Positions 47,214 through 58,642 of a stretch of 64,000 bases of DNA are shown in pieces; the first letter of the stretch is position 1, and each line of letters opens with the position of its first letter. A program made the translations under genes and the position numbers. The stretch lies in contig JAIPHX010000002.1 of the NCBI GenBank assembly GCA_021734995.1, positions 16,189-80,188 of the forward strand, written 5' to 3'. The stretch comes from Minisyncoccota bacterium. GTDB lineage: Bacteria > Patescibacteriota > Minisyncoccia > Phycocordibacterales > UBA9973. The notes under the pieces are model-generated. The model saw nothing but the letters and a program-made list of their open reading frames with translations, had not been told where the DNA came from and ran no database searches.

Positions 47214-48060
47214 TAAAATGTTTTTTCTCTTTTTTAAAAAAAGCTTTTATTTTATTTAAAAGAGGGCGAGAAACAGGTAAAAAGGGATACATTATAATAA
47301 AAGAAGTTTTAACAATACTTATAAAAACCTGTTTTAATTTATCTGAATATAAATTGCAATATCTTAAACTTATTTTAAAGGTTCTCCATGCTTGAATATT
47401 TCTATTGGAAGAAGAGATAGAATTGCCCCTACTTACCAAAAAAACCGAACAAAAAGGGATGTTTGCTAATTTACCTTCTAGTCCAAGCCTCAACCACAAG
47501 TCATAATCTTCCACATGTCTTGCTGTAATATCTTCACTATAACCACCCAACCTGACAACTGTTTCTTTTCTAAAAAATACAGACGAATGTAAAAAACAAT
47601 TCATCCCGATAATCCTTTTTTTAATTTCTTTATTGGTGGTAGGAGGAATATATTCAACCGAGTTACCACTTTCATCAACAGCCACCACCCCTGTCCCCAC
47701 CAAAACATAATCTGGATTACTATCAAGAAACTCTACCTGTTTTTGTAGTTTGTCTTTATCTATCCATAGATCATCATCATCTATTCGAGCGATATATTCC
47801 CCTTTTGCCAAACCCAACCCTTTATTTAAAGTTTTTTGAATTCCTAAATTTTGTTCATTTTTTATATAGATAATCCTAGAATCTTTACTTTTTAAATCTT
47901 CAACTACTTCCTTTGTATTATCTGTAGAGCCATCATCTATTACTAATAGTTCCCAATCTTTAAAAGATTGCTCAGTCACACTTTCAATTGATTTTTGAAT
48001 TCTTTCGGCTCCATTGTATGTCGGCAATATTATTGAAACTTTTATTTTTTCTATTCCCAT
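47206..48060 (-). CDS. Family 2 glycosyltransferase
   Basis: SIILPTYNGAERI...LVIDDGSTDNT and a DDDD motif. Confidence 0.8.
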   Translation of the reverse strand: MGIEKIKVSIILPTYNGAERIQKSIESVTEQSFKDWELLVIDDGSTDNTKEVVEDLKSKDSRIIYIKNEQNLGIQKTLNKGLGLAKGEYIARIDDDDLWIDKDKLQKQVEFLDSNPDYVLVGTGVVAVDESGNSVEYIPPTTNKEIKKRIIGMNCFLHSSVFFRKETVVRLGGYSEDITARHVEDYDLWLRLGLEGKLANIPFCSVFLVSRGNSISSSNRNIQAWRTFKISLRYCNLYSDKLKQVFISIVKTSFIIMYPFLPVSRPLLNKIKAFFKKEKKHFIK

Positions 48061-48063
48061 ATA

Positions 48064-48885
48064 TTATATTCTAATCCATTTTTCAGGAATTAAATCATTT
48101 GTATTGATAGACTCATCTGCAAACCATTTTTTAGGACAAACCACCATACTAGACCCAGAAAGCCAAGCCCCCCACCAAGAAAAAGTACTGTTTGGGATAA
48201 TAAAATATTTACACAAACTCATTAAAAATAAATTTCCTTCACCTTTTTCTCCACTATATTCATTCCCCACAAATACTGTAGGTATAGGGAAATTCATATT
48301 ATTCCTACACCAATCTATATCATCCGAGAAAATATACACTTTATCAATCTTCACTTTTTCTTTTAAAATATCAAAAGCTTTTTTGTAAAAATCTTTATCC
48401 AATACATCATGAAAAGTATTTCCAACAAAATCCCCTCTTCGCACATGCACACACAAAGATTTTTTGTCTTTTATCTCTTTTGCTAAATTTTGAATCTCTA
48501 AAGAAAAATCTTTTTTAAAAGAAAAATCTTTTTTAATTATATCTTCATATCCTTCAAAATATTTAGGACTTTGCCAATATCCTTCCAAAATAGCATTATC
48601 CCCGATTTTAAAAATTTCAGAATCAAAATGAAAAAACTTTTCTTTTATCACCTTACCAGACATACCAAATAAAAATCTTTTGAATATATTTAATTTTTTT
48701 TCAATTTTTAAATCTGAAAACAAATTAAAAACGTCTAAATCATATTCCCTCTTTGGCTTTAAATCTAAATCATAAAAACTTGTATCCAGCACCAAAGGAA
48801 CTTTATTTTTCATAGACAAAACCCTCCCAAGAGCATACTGAAACATCTGATTACCCATTCCTCCTTTTAAATATATTTTAATCAT
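48064..48885 (-). CDS. Alpha-1,2-fucosyltransferase (GT11)
   Basis: [12 protein letters not shown]-terminal motif and a C-terminal SxFSWW motif. Confidence 0.75.
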   Translation of the reverse strand: MIKIYLKGGMGNQMFQYALGRVLSMKNKVPLVLDTSFYDLDLKPKREYDLDVFNLFSDLKIEKKLNIFKRFLFGMSGKVIKEKFFHFDSEIFKIGDNAILEGYWQSPKYFEGYEDIIKKDFSFKKDFSLEIQNLAKEIKDKKSLCVHVRRGDFVGNTFHDVLDKDFYKKAFDILKEKVKIDKVYIFSDDIDWCRNNMNFPIPTVFVGNEYSGEKGEGNLFLMSLCKYFIIPNSTFSWWGAWLSGSSMVVCPKKWFADESINTNDLIPEKWIRI

Positions 48886-49813
48886 TTTTATTATCTAAAT
48901 ACCATTCATAAGTTGATTTTAATCCATCTGCAAGCTCTGTCTTATGTTTCCACCCTATTGAATTTAGTTTAGAAACATCCAAGAGTTTTCTTGGGGTGCC
49001 ATCCGGTTTTGTGCTATCCCAAACAATATCCCCATTATACCCTACAACTTCTTTTATCATTTGAGCTAGTTCCTTTATTGAAAGGTCTTCTCCTGTGCCA
49101 ATATTCACGATCTCACTTTCATCATAATTATTCATTAAAAATAAACAAGCATCTGCTAAATCATCCACATGCAGAAATTCTCTTTTAGGCATACCAGTCC
49201 CCCAAAGAACAACTTCTTTTTTATTTATACGCTTTGCATCATCAAATTTTCTCAACATTGCTGGCAATACATGAGAACTTTCCAAATCAAAATTATCATT
49301 AGGCCCATACAGATTTGTAGGCATGACACTAATGTATTTAGTGCCATATTGCTTGTTAAATGCCTGACACAAAGCAATCCCTGCAATCTTAGCAATTGCA
49401 TAAGGAGCGTTTGTTTCTTCCAAAGCCCCAGTCAAAAGATACTCCTCTTTGATAGGTTGCTCTGCAAATTTTGGATAAATACAAGAACTACCAAGAAAAA
49501 GAAGTTTCTTGACATTGTTTTTATAAGCACTATTTATGATATTTGTTTCAATCATCAAATTTTCATAAATAAAATCAGCTGGTCTTTCTTTGTTTGCTAA
49601 GATCCCTCCCACCTTAGCTGCTGAAAGAAAGACATAATCTGGTTTTTCTCTAGCAAAAAATAAGTCTACCTCTGCTTGATTGAGTAAATCAAGCTCTTCT
49701 CTTGTCTTTTTTATAATCTTTGAATACCCCTCTTTTTCTAACACTCTAACTAAAGCAGAGCCTACCAATCCTCTATGCCCTGCCACATATATTTTTGAAT
49801 TTTTATCCATCAT
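48878..49813 (-). CDS. fcl: GDP-L-fucose synthase
   Basis: [13 protein letters not shown]...YxxxK short-chain dehydrogenase/epimerase profile. Lies adjacent to gmd. Confidence 0.85.
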   Translation of the reverse strand: MMDKNSKIYVAGHRGLVGSALVRVLEKEGYSKIIKKTREELDLLNQAEVDLFFAREKPDYVFLSAAKVGGILANKERPADFIYENLMIETNIINSAYKNNVKKLLFLGSSCIYPKFAEQPIKEEYLLTGALEETNAPYAIAKIAGIALCQAFNKQYGTKYISVMPTNLYGPNDNFDLESSHVLPAMLRKFDDAKRINKKEVVLWGTGMPKREFLHVDDLADACLFLMNNYDESEIVNIGTGEDLSIKELAQMIKEVVGYNGDIVWDSTKPDGTPRKLLDVSKLNSIGWKHKTELADGLKSTYEWYLDNKND

Positions 49814-50877
49814 TATTTAATATACTCATTAAAATCCAATCCTTTTTCTTTAAATTCTTCTTGCACCATAAGTAAAATTAAATCTTTAAATTTAGTCTTT
49901 GTCTCCCAGCCAAGCTTTTCTTTTGCTTTAGTAGCATCTCCCAGCAGAAGATCTACTTCTGCTGGTCTGTAATATTTACTATCAATGGCAATTAATTCTC
50001 TCCCACTTTTTTTATCAAATCCAATTTCTTCTAATCCATTTCCTTTCCACTCTATTTCATATCCTAAAAGAGAAGCAGTGTATTCTACCAATTCTCGCAC
50101 GGAATGAGTTTCTCCTGTAGCAATAACATAATCATCTGGCATATCTTGCTGAAGCATAAACCACATAGCTTCTACATAATCTTTAGCATAACCCCAATCT
50201 CTTTTAGAATCTAAATTTCCTAGATAAAGTATCTCTTGCTTGCCAAGTAAAATATTTACCAATCCTTCTGTTACTTTTTTTGTTACAAAAGTTTTTCCTC
50301 TTCTTGGAGATTCGTGATTAAATAATATTCCATTAGCAATAAACATTTTATAAGAATCACGATAATTTTTGCAAATAAAATGAGAGAAAACTTTTGCACA
50401 AGCATAAGGACTTTGTGGATTGAAAGGGGTAGTCTCTTTTTGGGGAGTTTCCAACACTTTTCCAAACATTTCACTAGACCCTGCTTGATAAAATCTAATA
50501 GGTAAGCCACTATCTTTTACTGCATTTAATAATCTCAAGGTTCCTAATGCATCTACATCTACAGTATATTCTGGAATATCAAAACTAACTCTCACATGAC
50601 TTTGTGCACCCAAGTTATACACTTCATCTGGTGACACATTTTTAATGATATTATGCAAACTACTACCATCAGACAAGTCTCCATAGTGTAACACTAATTT
50701 TTTGTCTTCTTCGTGTGGATCCTGATATATATGCTCTATACGGCCTGTATTGAAGCTAGAAGAGCGTCTTATGATACCATGCACCTGATAGCCCTTCTCT
50801 ATCAAGAAATCAGCCAAATACGAGCCATCTTGACCTGTTATTCCTATTATTAAAGCTTTTTTGATGTATCTAGTCAT
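49813..50877 (-). CDS. gmd: GDP-mannose 4,6-dehydratase
   Basis: [42 protein letters not shown]. Confidence 0.9.
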   Translation of the reverse strand: MTRYIKKALIIGITGQDGSYLADFLIEKGYQVHGIIRRSSSFNTGRIEHIYQDPHEEDKKLVLHYGDLSDGSSLHNIIKNVSPDEVYNLGAQSHVRVSFDIPEYTVDVDALGTLRLLNAVKDSGLPIRFYQAGSSEMFGKVLETPQKETTPFNPQSPYACAKVFSHFICKNYRDSYKMFIANGILFNHESPRRGKTFVTKKVTEGLVNILLGKQEILYLGNLDSKRDWGYAKDYVEAMWFMLQQDMPDDYVIATGETHSVRELVEYTASLLGYEIEWKGNGLEEIGFDKKSGRELIAIDSKYYRPAEVDLLLGDATKAKEKLGWETKTKFKDLILLMVQEEFKEKGLDFNEYIK

Positions 50878-50878
50878 A

Positions 50879-51565
50879 TTATTTATATTCTTTTAGTTTA
50901 ACTAATAAATCTTCAGGGTGCAACACTTCTACAGCATCAATGACACCCAAAACTGTCTCATCATTACCACCTGAAAATAATGCATCTCCATAATAAATAC
51001 ATTCATTTTTATCCCAGCCAAAACGTTTTAATAATTTTTCAATATTTTTCCCTTTAGTAGAATCTTTATAAGTATAGTCTAGACAAGTAGTACCCCCTAT
51101 TCTACATTCAAGATCTTCACTATTAAAAGGAAACTTTTCCAACAAAGATCTTCTAAATTCACCCTTTGGGTCAAAAGTTCTTTTTTTATCTAAATCAGAA
51201 TTATGGCCCAAAAAACTAAAAGCCATTTGAGATCCCCTGTCTTGAAGCAGATCCTCTTCTATACCAAGAATATCTTGGTCTGATAAAAAATCTTTTATTT
51301 TTTGTAAATGGTCTATTACTTCTTTCTTGTTATTTTCATCAAATGTTCTCTGCCAAAAAGGTGTATCACTCCCAGACTGTGCCAATATATAATCCACAGA
51401 ATTAGAAAGCTGTTTTAACATTTGCTCTCTAGAAGCACCACTAATAGCAATAGTAATATTGCCTTTATTTCTTAAAGAAGCTAGCATTTCTGCCATTTCT
51501 TGCTTAATTTCTTGCCTACTAGGAGTCAACGTCCCATCCATATCAAAGAAAAAATATTTTTTCAT
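50879..51565 (-). CDS. Eukaryotic-type phosphomannomutase (HAD-IIB PMM family)
   Basis: [15 protein letters not shown] ... [23 protein letters not shown] ... [15 protein letters not shown] parallels PMM (FDVDGTLT ... GGQISFDVFP.GWDK ... FFGDKTMPGGND). Confidence 0.7.
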   Translation of the reverse strand: MKKYFFFDMDGTLTPSRQEIKQEMAEMLASLRNKGNITIAISGASREQMLKQLSNSVDYILAQSGSDTPFWQRTFDENNKKEVIDHLQKIKDFLSDQDILGIEEDLLQDRGSQMAFSFLGHNSDLDKKRTFDPKGEFRRSLLEKFPFNSEDLECRIGGTTCLDYTYKDSTKGKNIEKLLKRFGWDKNECIYYGDALFSGGNDETVLGVIDAVEVLHPEDLLVKLKEYK

Positions 51566-51583
51566 AAATCAATCTATGTTAAC

Positions 51584-52582
51584 TTAATAATCAAACCCGT
51601 TTGGATTATTTTTATACCATCTAGCCAAAGAATTAATGCTATCTTTCAAATCTTTTTTTGAATTAAATCTAAGAGCATCTTTTGCTAGAGAATTATCTGC
51701 ATAAATCACAGTATACTCTCCTTTTCTAGCTTCCCCTGTATCTAATGGAAAATCTACCCCTAGCTCATCTTTCACTTTTTGAATCACTTCCTTTACTGAA
51801 AGACCATCCCCGTTACCAATATTACACACCAAAGATTTATCTGCATCTATATATTGCAAAGCTTTAAGATGAGCTTCCACAAGATCTTCTACATCTATAT
51901 AATCCCGCACAGGAGTGCCGTCTTTACTTTCTACTTTTGGACAAGTTAGTTTAAAATCTTGCAGTCCTAATGCTCCCCTTACTGCATTTTGCACCAAAAG
52001 TTCTGATGGTTTTTTACTATCTCCTATCTCTCCTTCCATGTCTGCGCCACACACATTAAAATATCTTAAGATTGCATAATTAAAATTATACAACTCTCCA
52101 TACCATTTAATTATTTTTTCACACATAAGCTTGGATTCACCATATGGATTGGTAGGATTGGTAGGATGTTTTTCATCTACTGGTAAATATTGAGCATCAC
52201 CATACACCGCACAAGTAGAAGAAAAAACAATCTTTCTGACATTATTGTCTTTCATTGCATTCAATAAATTTAAGGTTCCAAAAACATTGTTTTCAAAATA
52301 CATTTCTGGCTTCTCCATTGATTCATTCACAAGGCACAATGCTCCAAAATGCATGACCGCATCTATTTTATTTTCCTCAAAAACCTTTTGAACATCTTCT
52401 TTGTTTTTAAGATCTCCATTAAACACAACCAGCTCTCCATATTTTTTTAAAATTTCTAAAGGTTTTTTATATCCTCTAAAAAAGTTATCAAACACGACTA
52501 CACTATGACCTTCTTTCAAAAGCTTTTTGACTGCATGACTACCTATGTATCCCCCTCCACCTGTTACTAAAATTTTTTGCAT
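51584..52582 (-). CDS. galE: UDP-glucose 4-epimerase
   Basis: ILVTGGGGYIGSH and YxxxK motifs. Confidence 0.85.
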   Translation of the reverse strand: MQKILVTGGGGYIGSHAVKKLLKEGHSVVVFDNFFRGYKKPLEILKKYGELVVFNGDLKNKEDVQKVFEENKIDAVMHFGALCLVNESMEKPEMYFENNVFGTLNLLNAMKDNNVRKIVFSSTCAVYGDAQYLPVDEKHPTNPTNPYGESKLMCEKIIKWYGELYNFNYAILRYFNVCGADMEGEIGDSKKPSELLVQNAVRGALGLQDFKLTCPKVESKDGTPVRDYIDVEDLVEAHLKALQYIDADKSLVCNIGNGDGLSVKEVIQKVKDELGVDFPLDTGEARKGEYTVIYADNSLAKDALRFNSKKDLKDSINSLARWYKNNPNGFDY

Positions 52583-52586
52583 GGTG

Positions 52587-54659
52587 TTAACGAAAATCTA
52601 CATTGGGCCAAATGTCTTTATTTACGTAAAATAAAATCCCATCTATTACATTAGAATCAGCATATTTGTTTAATTTTAACCTATTAGAAACCTTAATAAA
52701 ACTTTCTTTGTCTTTAATAGAATAAAAATATTTAAGGAAACTTACATAAATAGTGTTAACTTCTTTACTTTTTGTTAAGAAAAAACTTGGACTAAGATTA
52801 AAAGATTTTTCGAAAGAATATAAAGACTCTGCATATTTTTTTTGAAACATTAAATTTAATGCTAAGCCATAAATTACATCTGGTCTATTTGGAGCAAATT
52901 CTAATAATTTATTGAGATAATATTCACCTTTCTTTAAAGAATATTCATTATCCATATTTTTACCGTAATTAGAATATCCTCTAGCAATAAATACAAGAAA
53001 CCTTATATCAAATGGATTTTTTTTTACATAATCTTCTGCTTGCAAAAAAGCAGTATCTGACAATTTTACCAAAAACTGGTTCTCTTTATTATTCAAACCT
53101 TCTGTATAAGATAAGAAGTCTTCTCTTATGTTCATTTGGGCTGAAGTAAATGGTTTAAAAATTGAATCTAAATTTTCCGATATAATTTGTGGGTCGTCAA
53201 CATCTTTAAGTAATATATACTTTTTCATTTGAAAATATGCAGATAAATCATTTCTTACAAAAACAAAAGATGTAAATATACTTAGAACCAAAAAAAATGT
53301 GCCGTAATAAATGGTATCCGATTTATTAATTTTATTATTTTGCATGGAACGATAATTTCCTTCTTTTTTGTCAAAGTTTTCATATAAAAATAAGCAAACA
53401 ATGAAAGAGAATATGACAAATAGTGGTATTGATGTGACTATTTGATCTGGTGCAAAAGAAAGGTGAGTTAAAAGTGAAACAAAAAACAAAAGTAACCCCG
53501 CATTCAATAAAGAAGGTTCTTTCTTTAAGAGAATTGTTTTAAAGAAAGAAAAACAAATAAACAGAAAAGTGATTATCCCTAAAAAACCATTCATTACTAA
53601 AATATCAAGAAATTTATTATGCGATCTATCAAACCACCTCATTTCAAAATCAAATTGTTTTGGGTTAAAATACTGCCCATAAGCAAGGCTAAAGTTATCA
53701 GGACCCCACCCAATTAAAAACTTTTTTAAACCATTATTTACAGGATTTACAGACTGGAAGCTTGTTTTCATCGTAATTAATCTTGTTTGAGTAGTTGAAT
53801 CCTCTCCCCCTATTGTTGTTATTCTTGAAACTCCTGGAAACTTTTGCCAAAACAAATTTTCTCGTGTTGAGACAAAAACTGCTGAAAGAACAATAGCCAA
53901 AGAAAAAATTATAATAGATACTTTTCGTAAATTTATTTTTTTATAAAAGATATTCTTACCTTTAAAAAAAAGGTAAATTAAAATTGTAAAAAAACCAATA
54001 AATAACCCGACAATCGTCCCTCTAGTTTGAGTTACAAAAATCCCTAAAATAGATAAGATAAAAATAATTACTGCTGAATACCCCCAAAATTTATTTATTT
54101 TATCATTAAAAATAATCATAGAGCAAAAAATTGAAAAAAGGAGGTGTCCAGCTAAAAAAGTAGGATTATCTAAAAAAGAACTGGGTCTTGTGTCCCCACC
54201 AAAAAACTGCACAAATTCCTTAAACAACAAAAGAAAAGAAACAAGTAAACTTACTTTAAAAAAAATTATCCAGTCTTTCCTGTCAAAAATTAACAAACCA
54301 AAAACAAAAAAAGCAAACAGAAAGAGGACTCCAATTAGCCCTTCTCCTCTTTCAAGAGTTCCCCAAAAAGCATTATATTTATTGACAGCAAAAATCGTAC
54401 TTACAATAAAAATTAAAACAAAAGACAAGATAGCCCATACTAATGGATTATATAAAACTATTTTTATTTTTTTAATTATTAAATTACGGAATTCTTGTTT
54501 ATAAAAAAAGTTAATTAAAAATAAAATACTTATCAAAGTCAATAATCCTCTAGCAAAAGTATTTTCCCCTGTCACATAAGGGAAAAATCCAAATTTATTA
54601 ACTGCAAGAGGAGTAAAAGCAAGTGCCCACAAACATATTTTCATTATCTTGTCGATCAT
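52587..54659 (-). CDS. O-antigen ligase/polymerase-like (Wzy_C) multi-TM protein with C-terminal TPR-like region
   Basis: About 12 TM helices in the N-terminal 430 aa. A soluble helical-repeat C-terminus follows. Confidence 0.5.
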   Translation of the reverse strand: MIDKIMKICLWALAFTPLAVNKFGFFPYVTGENTFARGLLTLISILFLINFFYKQEFRNLIIKKIKIVLYNPLVWAILSFVLIFIVSTIFAVNKYNAFWGTLERGEGLIGVLFLFAFFVFGLLIFDRKDWIIFFKVSLLVSFLLLFKEFVQFFGGDTRPSSFLDNPTFLAGHLLFSIFCSMIIFNDKINKFWGYSAVIIFILSILGIFVTQTRGTIVGLFIGFFTILIYLFFKGKNIFYKKINLRKVSIIIFSLAIVLSAVFVSTRENLFWQKFPGVSRITTIGGEDSTTQTRLITMKTSFQSVNPVNNGLKKFLIGWGPDNFSLAYGQYFNPKQFDFEMRWFDRSHNKFLDILVMNGFLGIITFLFICFSFFKTILLKKEPSLLNAGLLLFFVSLLTHLSFAPDQIVTSIPLFVIFSFIVCLFLYENFDKKEGNYRSMQNNKINKSDTIYYGTFFLVLSIFTSFVFVRNDLSAYFQMKKYILLKDVDDPQIISENLDSIFKPFTSAQMNIREDFLSYTEGLNNKENQFLVKLSDTAFLQAEDYVKKNPFDIRFLVFIARGYSNYGKNMDNEYSLKKGEYYLNKLLEFAPNRPDVIYGLALNLMFQKKYAESLYSFEKSFNLSPSFFLTKSKEVNTIYVSFLKYFYSIKDKESFIKVSNRLKLNKYADSNVIDGILFYVNKDIWPNVDFR

Positions 54660-54689
54660 ATAAATTTATGATAGCAAAATAAACAACAA

Positions 54690-54722
54690 AAAACCACCCG
54701 CGAAGGGGTGGTTTTTTGTTAC
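54690..54722. terminator. Bidirectional terminator
   Basis: AAAAAACCACCCGCGAAGGGGTGGTTTTTTGTT. Confidence 0.7.
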
Positions 54723-54762
54723 ATATTTTCTATATATAATCAAAATCTATTACTAAATAATA

Positions 54763-56685
54763 TTATTTAGCTAACAATGTTGATGAAGTGTAGAAATCTG
54801 AGATTGTAGCAGTAGGATTATTATTTGGAGTACTTTCTGTTGTCTCATAAGATAATCCTGTCATAGTAACTTTACCATAAGCATCGTTACCCTTTAGAAC
54901 TACAGACAATGTAAATTGCTGTGATACACCTGCGTCAATTCTGTAAGAATTTGACTCAGTAATATTACTTAAGCTATCAGAACCACTGTATTGTACAATT
55001 GCACTAATTACAGTAGCACCACCTGTTACAGTATATTGAACACCTGCTGTTCCAGCAGTAGCATAACTAAATGAATCTTTTGGAACATATATTGCTGCAT
55101 CCTCTGGAGCAGTAATAGTGAATTTCAATGTAGCTGTATAAAGATCTTCTGCACCAGAACCAGTACCATCTGTATGTGTACTTGGTATTGAAGGTAATGA
55201 TGCACTAACCATTGCTAACAATGGTACACCATTTACAAATTTTTGAGCTGAACCAATAGCTGAACCTGTGTCTGATAAAACATCACCATTTGGTCCTTCA
55301 GGTGAGAAAGAAGCAAAACTTACTGTCAAAGCAGCACCTGATGTGAAATTACTTTGAGAATTAATTTTTGCGTAAACCTTAAATGTTTCTGTATCACCTT
55401 CTGACACAGTGAAAGTGTCGTCAAGAGTAAATGTCTCTGTTCCATCAAGATCAGATCCATCAAGTGTTGCTAATACATTTGAACCATTCTTCATTTGCAA
55501 CTCACCAACAATGTCAGAATAAGTATCTGCACCAGCTGTTGTCAATGCTGTTGTTATGTTAAGAGTATCAAATGTAACATCTGCACCTGTTGCTTTAATT
55601 TTAAACTCAAGCATCAATACATCAGTTGAAGAAGTATCAGATACTTCTACATTTTGAGTTGCAGGACTTCCTGTTCCCTTTGAAACAACAACCTTAACAT
55701 CTCCTGAGCTTGAAAGACTTTGGTATTGGAAAGAAGAAGTTTTTGAATAATCATCAGTTAAAATAACTCCTGTTCCGTCTTTAAAACGAATACTACTTGC
55801 TGTCATTGTCCAAGTTGCATTAAAGTCAGTAGAATCAATATTGTCATTTGCATCAACTGTTACATAGAAAGTTGCTTTATTTGAAGTTCCTTCTTTAACA
55901 ACTGCATCTGAAAGCGCTATTGTCTTTGAATAAGTATTTCCATCTTTTGCAAATTCAGAAACATCTGCAGAACCAACTTTTTTTGAACCCATCCATACAC
56001 TAACTGAATCAGCATAGTGATTTAGGCGGTATGAAGATGAGGATGCTCCGTCAGCAACTAAAGAAACTTTAAGGTTTGTAACTGCAATATCTGAACCGTC
56101 AGCTGTTACTTTGAAACCATGCACCTTAACGTCGCTAGCACCTTCATTAACATTAGTTTCAACATCTGTTGATGTTTCCACTATTGATGCATCTCCAGCT
56201 CCACCAGTCAAAGTAGTGTTTGCAGGTGTTTCACCACCTGTGCAAGAAGCACCATTTAATGGGCTAAATGCATATCCTGGCATACATCCAGCAACTGAAG
56301 AAGCAGCAACGGCACAGGATAGACCTGTTGTTGAACTAAATGGAGAAGTTGAAGTACATCCAGCAGGAAGATTTCCTACTACTACAGTAGATCCTGCTAA
56401 TGATGAACGAGTCATCATTCCAACTACACCGTCAGCAGACAAGCCTTTTGAAGCTTGGTATGACATAACAGCAGCTTTGGTCATAGGACCGAACTTTCCA
56501 TCAGCGTTAATACCTAATTTTGTTTGTAAACATGATACCTCTGCTCCCATTGAGCCTACTCTTAAAGTAGAAGACAATGAACATGCAGATTGCGCATTAG
56601 CTGTACTTGCAAAAGCACCTACAACTAACAAAGCAACTACCAACATTGTTCCTAAGAGGAATTTTGATTTTAGTAATTTACTCAT
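54763..56685 (-). CDS. Secreted Ser/Thr/Gly/Ala-rich cell-surface protein with peptidoglycan-binding (PG_binding_1) domain; candidate S-layer/glycoprotein
   Basis: Signal peptide present. LQTKLGINADGKFGPMTKAAVMSYQASKGLSADGVVG is PG_binding_1-like. The remaining ~550 aa is low-complexity and S/T-rich. Confidence 0.5.
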   Translation of the reverse strand: MSKLLKSKFLLGTMLVVALLVVGAFASTANAQSACSLSSTLRVGSMGAEVSCLQTKLGINADGKFGPMTKAAVMSYQASKGLSADGVVGMMTRSSLAGSTVVVGNLPAGCTSTSPFSSTTGLSCAVAASSVAGCMPGYAFSPLNGASCTGGETPANTTLTGGAGDASIVETSTDVETNVNEGASDVKVHGFKVTADGSDIAVTNLKVSLVADGASSSSYRLNHYADSVSVWMGSKKVGSADVSEFAKDGNTYSKTIALSDAVVKEGTSNKATFYVTVDANDNIDSTDFNATWTMTASSIRFKDGTGVILTDDYSKTSSFQYQSLSSSGDVKVVVSKGTGSPATQNVEVSDTSSTDVLMLEFKIKATGADVTFDTLNITTALTTAGADTYSDIVGELQMKNGSNVLATLDGSDLDGTETFTLDDTFTVSEGDTETFKVYAKINSQSNFTSGAALTVSFASFSPEGPNGDVLSDTGSAIGSAQKFVNGVPLLAMVSASLPSIPSTHTDGTGSGAEDLYTATLKFTITAPEDAAIYVPKDSFSYATAGTAGVQYTVTGGATVISAIVQYSGSDSLSNITESNSYRIDAGVSQQFTLSVVLKGNDAYGKVTMTGLSYETTESTPNNNPTATISDFYTSSTLLAK

Positions 56686-57171
56686 AATAATTAAATTATA
56701 ATCCTTTGAAAATTTCTTTGATTTAAAATCTCAGAAAAAATCTCAGGTGTTATGTGCCATTAATTTAGTTTCGACTTGTCTCAATATTTTTATTATAAAG
56801 AGACAAAACTAAGAGCACATGATCTCTATCATTGTTTCCCTACCCGCCGAATTAATAATAAGTAGGCGGACCGAGAAACAATGAACAGATTAAAATTAAA
56901 ACGCAATCCGTGAATTTCAATTTGAATATTTTTAATATATTCAAAGCTACTCTCCACATCATGCAGTAACAATATAATATACTGGTGTAAACAATACAGC
57001 AATATATTATGTGGAAAACCTTATCACGCAAATTAAAACAATTTACGCAATTACATATATAGACGAGTTAGTCCACTAAATGTTACTTCATTTTTAAGTA
57101 TATCACAGATATATATCTTGTCAAATAAAGCTGAAACGAGATTTTGGGTATTTTTGAACCCTATCGGACAG

Positions 57172-58059
57172 CTACTTATTTAGGACAAAATATCTACTCC
57201 ATCGCTTGTCTCCTTCTTTCTTAAGGACACCATCTTTGACCATAGATACTAGCTCTCTTTGGAGGGTTTTTTCGCTATAATTTGCCAATACCCCTACCCC
57301 CTTTTCTTTGATTTCTGTAATAGTCATTCCGTCTGTATTTTGGGTTGATTTTAAGATATTGATGATGTTTTCTCTCCTTCCCTTTTTAAGGACATCAAAG
57401 CTTTCTTTTGATCTTTGGCTTGTCTCGGACATAGAATTGCCTCCTGTTTGGTTCGCTTTTATGTTTCCTTTATAAAATCCCTGTCCTTTATCTTGTCCTT
57501 TGTAACCCCCTATTTGAGCTTGCTTGTTGTTTAAAAAATGAGTGCTTAAGTCTGGTGCATTTTTGGGTTCATTTAGAGATGTGTTTGCATTTTTTTTCTG
57601 CATAAATTCATCCATCCAATCTGTGTTGATTTGATTGAATTCTTGCACTGCTTTTTTTAGTTCAGCAAATTCTTTTTTTAAAATATTTAGATTCATCTCA
57701 GAGATAATATTGATAGAAAAAGCAATTTCTAAAAAAGATACAACCTCAGAGACTTTTGTCTCTATACTAGCAAAGAGACTCGCTTTACTGATTGTTCCTG
57801 TCCTATAGAAAGAAGATGCAGAATATATGTCCGATAGGAGTTCTGCACCTAGCAATCTAAGCTTTGTGCGAATTGGCTCGTCTCTGTCCAATATGTCTGT
57901 TACTAAATATAGGGCGGTAATGAGCTTGTCTGATTTTGTATATGAACCGATTTTGACATCAGAAGATAGATCTAAAGATTGATAAGAGACAGGCATAGAA
58001 TCTGTGTCTTTTAGAGTTTCGGTGGAGTTGTCCTTTAAGTTTTTTTCTTCTCCAAACAT
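57172..58059 (-). CDS. Hypothetical protein with C-terminal winged-helix-like domain
   Basis: C-terminal GMTITEIKEKGVGVLANYSEKTLQRELVSMVKDGVL. Confidence 0.3.
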   Translation of the reverse strand: MFGEEKNLKDNSTETLKDTDSMPVSYQSLDLSSDVKIGSYTKSDKLITALYLVTDILDRDEPIRTKLRLLGAELLSDIYSASSFYRTGTISKASLFASIETKVSEVVSFLEIAFSINIISEMNLNILKKEFAELKKAVQEFNQINTDWMDEFMQKKNANTSLNEPKNAPDLSTHFLNNKQAQIGGYKGQDKGQGFYKGNIKANQTGGNSMSETSQRSKESFDVLKKGRRENIINILKSTQNTDGMTITEIKEKGVGVLANYSEKTLQRELVSMVKDGVLKKEGDKRWSRYFVLNK

Positions 58060-58152
58060 ATGTCCATTATATATAGGACACCAGAAAAAGCAAGGGGGAT
58101 ATATGTAATTTTTCTAAATTGAATTTTTTTAGAATACATATATAATAAAAAT

Positions 58153-58389
58153 ATGTTTGATTTATCCCAATACAAAATAGAATATAAAACAGACAAAGAA
58201 ACATCTCAAGTTATTGCTACTATTCCTGCCTTAAACCACATTTCTTCTTTTGGTGATTCTTTTTCAGAAGCAGAAAAAAATATTAAAGAAGCTGGTTTGG
58301 CGTATCTAGAAGCTATTAAAAAGAAAAATATTGCTCATTTACAAAAAGACCAAAAATATTTAAAAGTTCTCAGCTCAAAGTTTAGTTAA
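58153..58389 (+). CDS. hicB: HicB-family antitoxin
   Basis: 78-aa UPF0150-like protein (IPALNHISSFGDSFSEAEKNIKEAGLAYLE). The adjacent gene is HicA. Confidence 0.6.
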   Translation: MFDLSQYKIEYKTDKETSQVIATIPALNHISSFGDSFSEAEKNIKEAGLAYLEAIKKKNIAHLQKDQKYLKVLSSKFS

Positions 58390-58399
58390 CAGAAAGTCT

Positions 58400-58621
58400 A
58401 TGCCAAAACTAAATAGACTTTCTTCAAGGAAAATAATAAAGAAACTCCTGAAGATCGGCTTTGTAAAATCTCATCAAAGAGGTAGTCATTTAGTCATGAT
58501 GAAAGAAAAGAAAATTGTTGTGATTCCCATACATGGATCCAAAGATATACCTATTGGTACACTTTACAATATTGTGGTAAAGCAAGCAGGGCTATCTATA
58601 GAAGAATTTAATAACTTATAA
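58400..58621 (+). CDS. hicA: HicA-family mRNA interferase toxin
   Basis: SSRKIIKKLLKIGFVKSHQRGSHLVM... shows the YcfA/HicA motif. Confidence 0.65.
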   Translation: MPKLNRLSSRKIIKKLLKIGFVKSHQRGSHLVMMKEKKIVVIPIHGSKDIPIGTLYNIVVKQAGLSIEEFNNL

Positions 58622-58642
58622 AAAAAGTGCTACAATATACAA

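Noticed and set aside
56686-57171. 485-bp ORF-free region tested mentally for SRP RNA, RNase P RNA or 6S RNA
   Set aside because: No conserved SRP domain IV or RNase P P4 motifs were recognisable. Only a CCGCC...GGCGG hairpin and the TCTCCACATCA 11-mer stand out. It is left as a promoter or UTR region.
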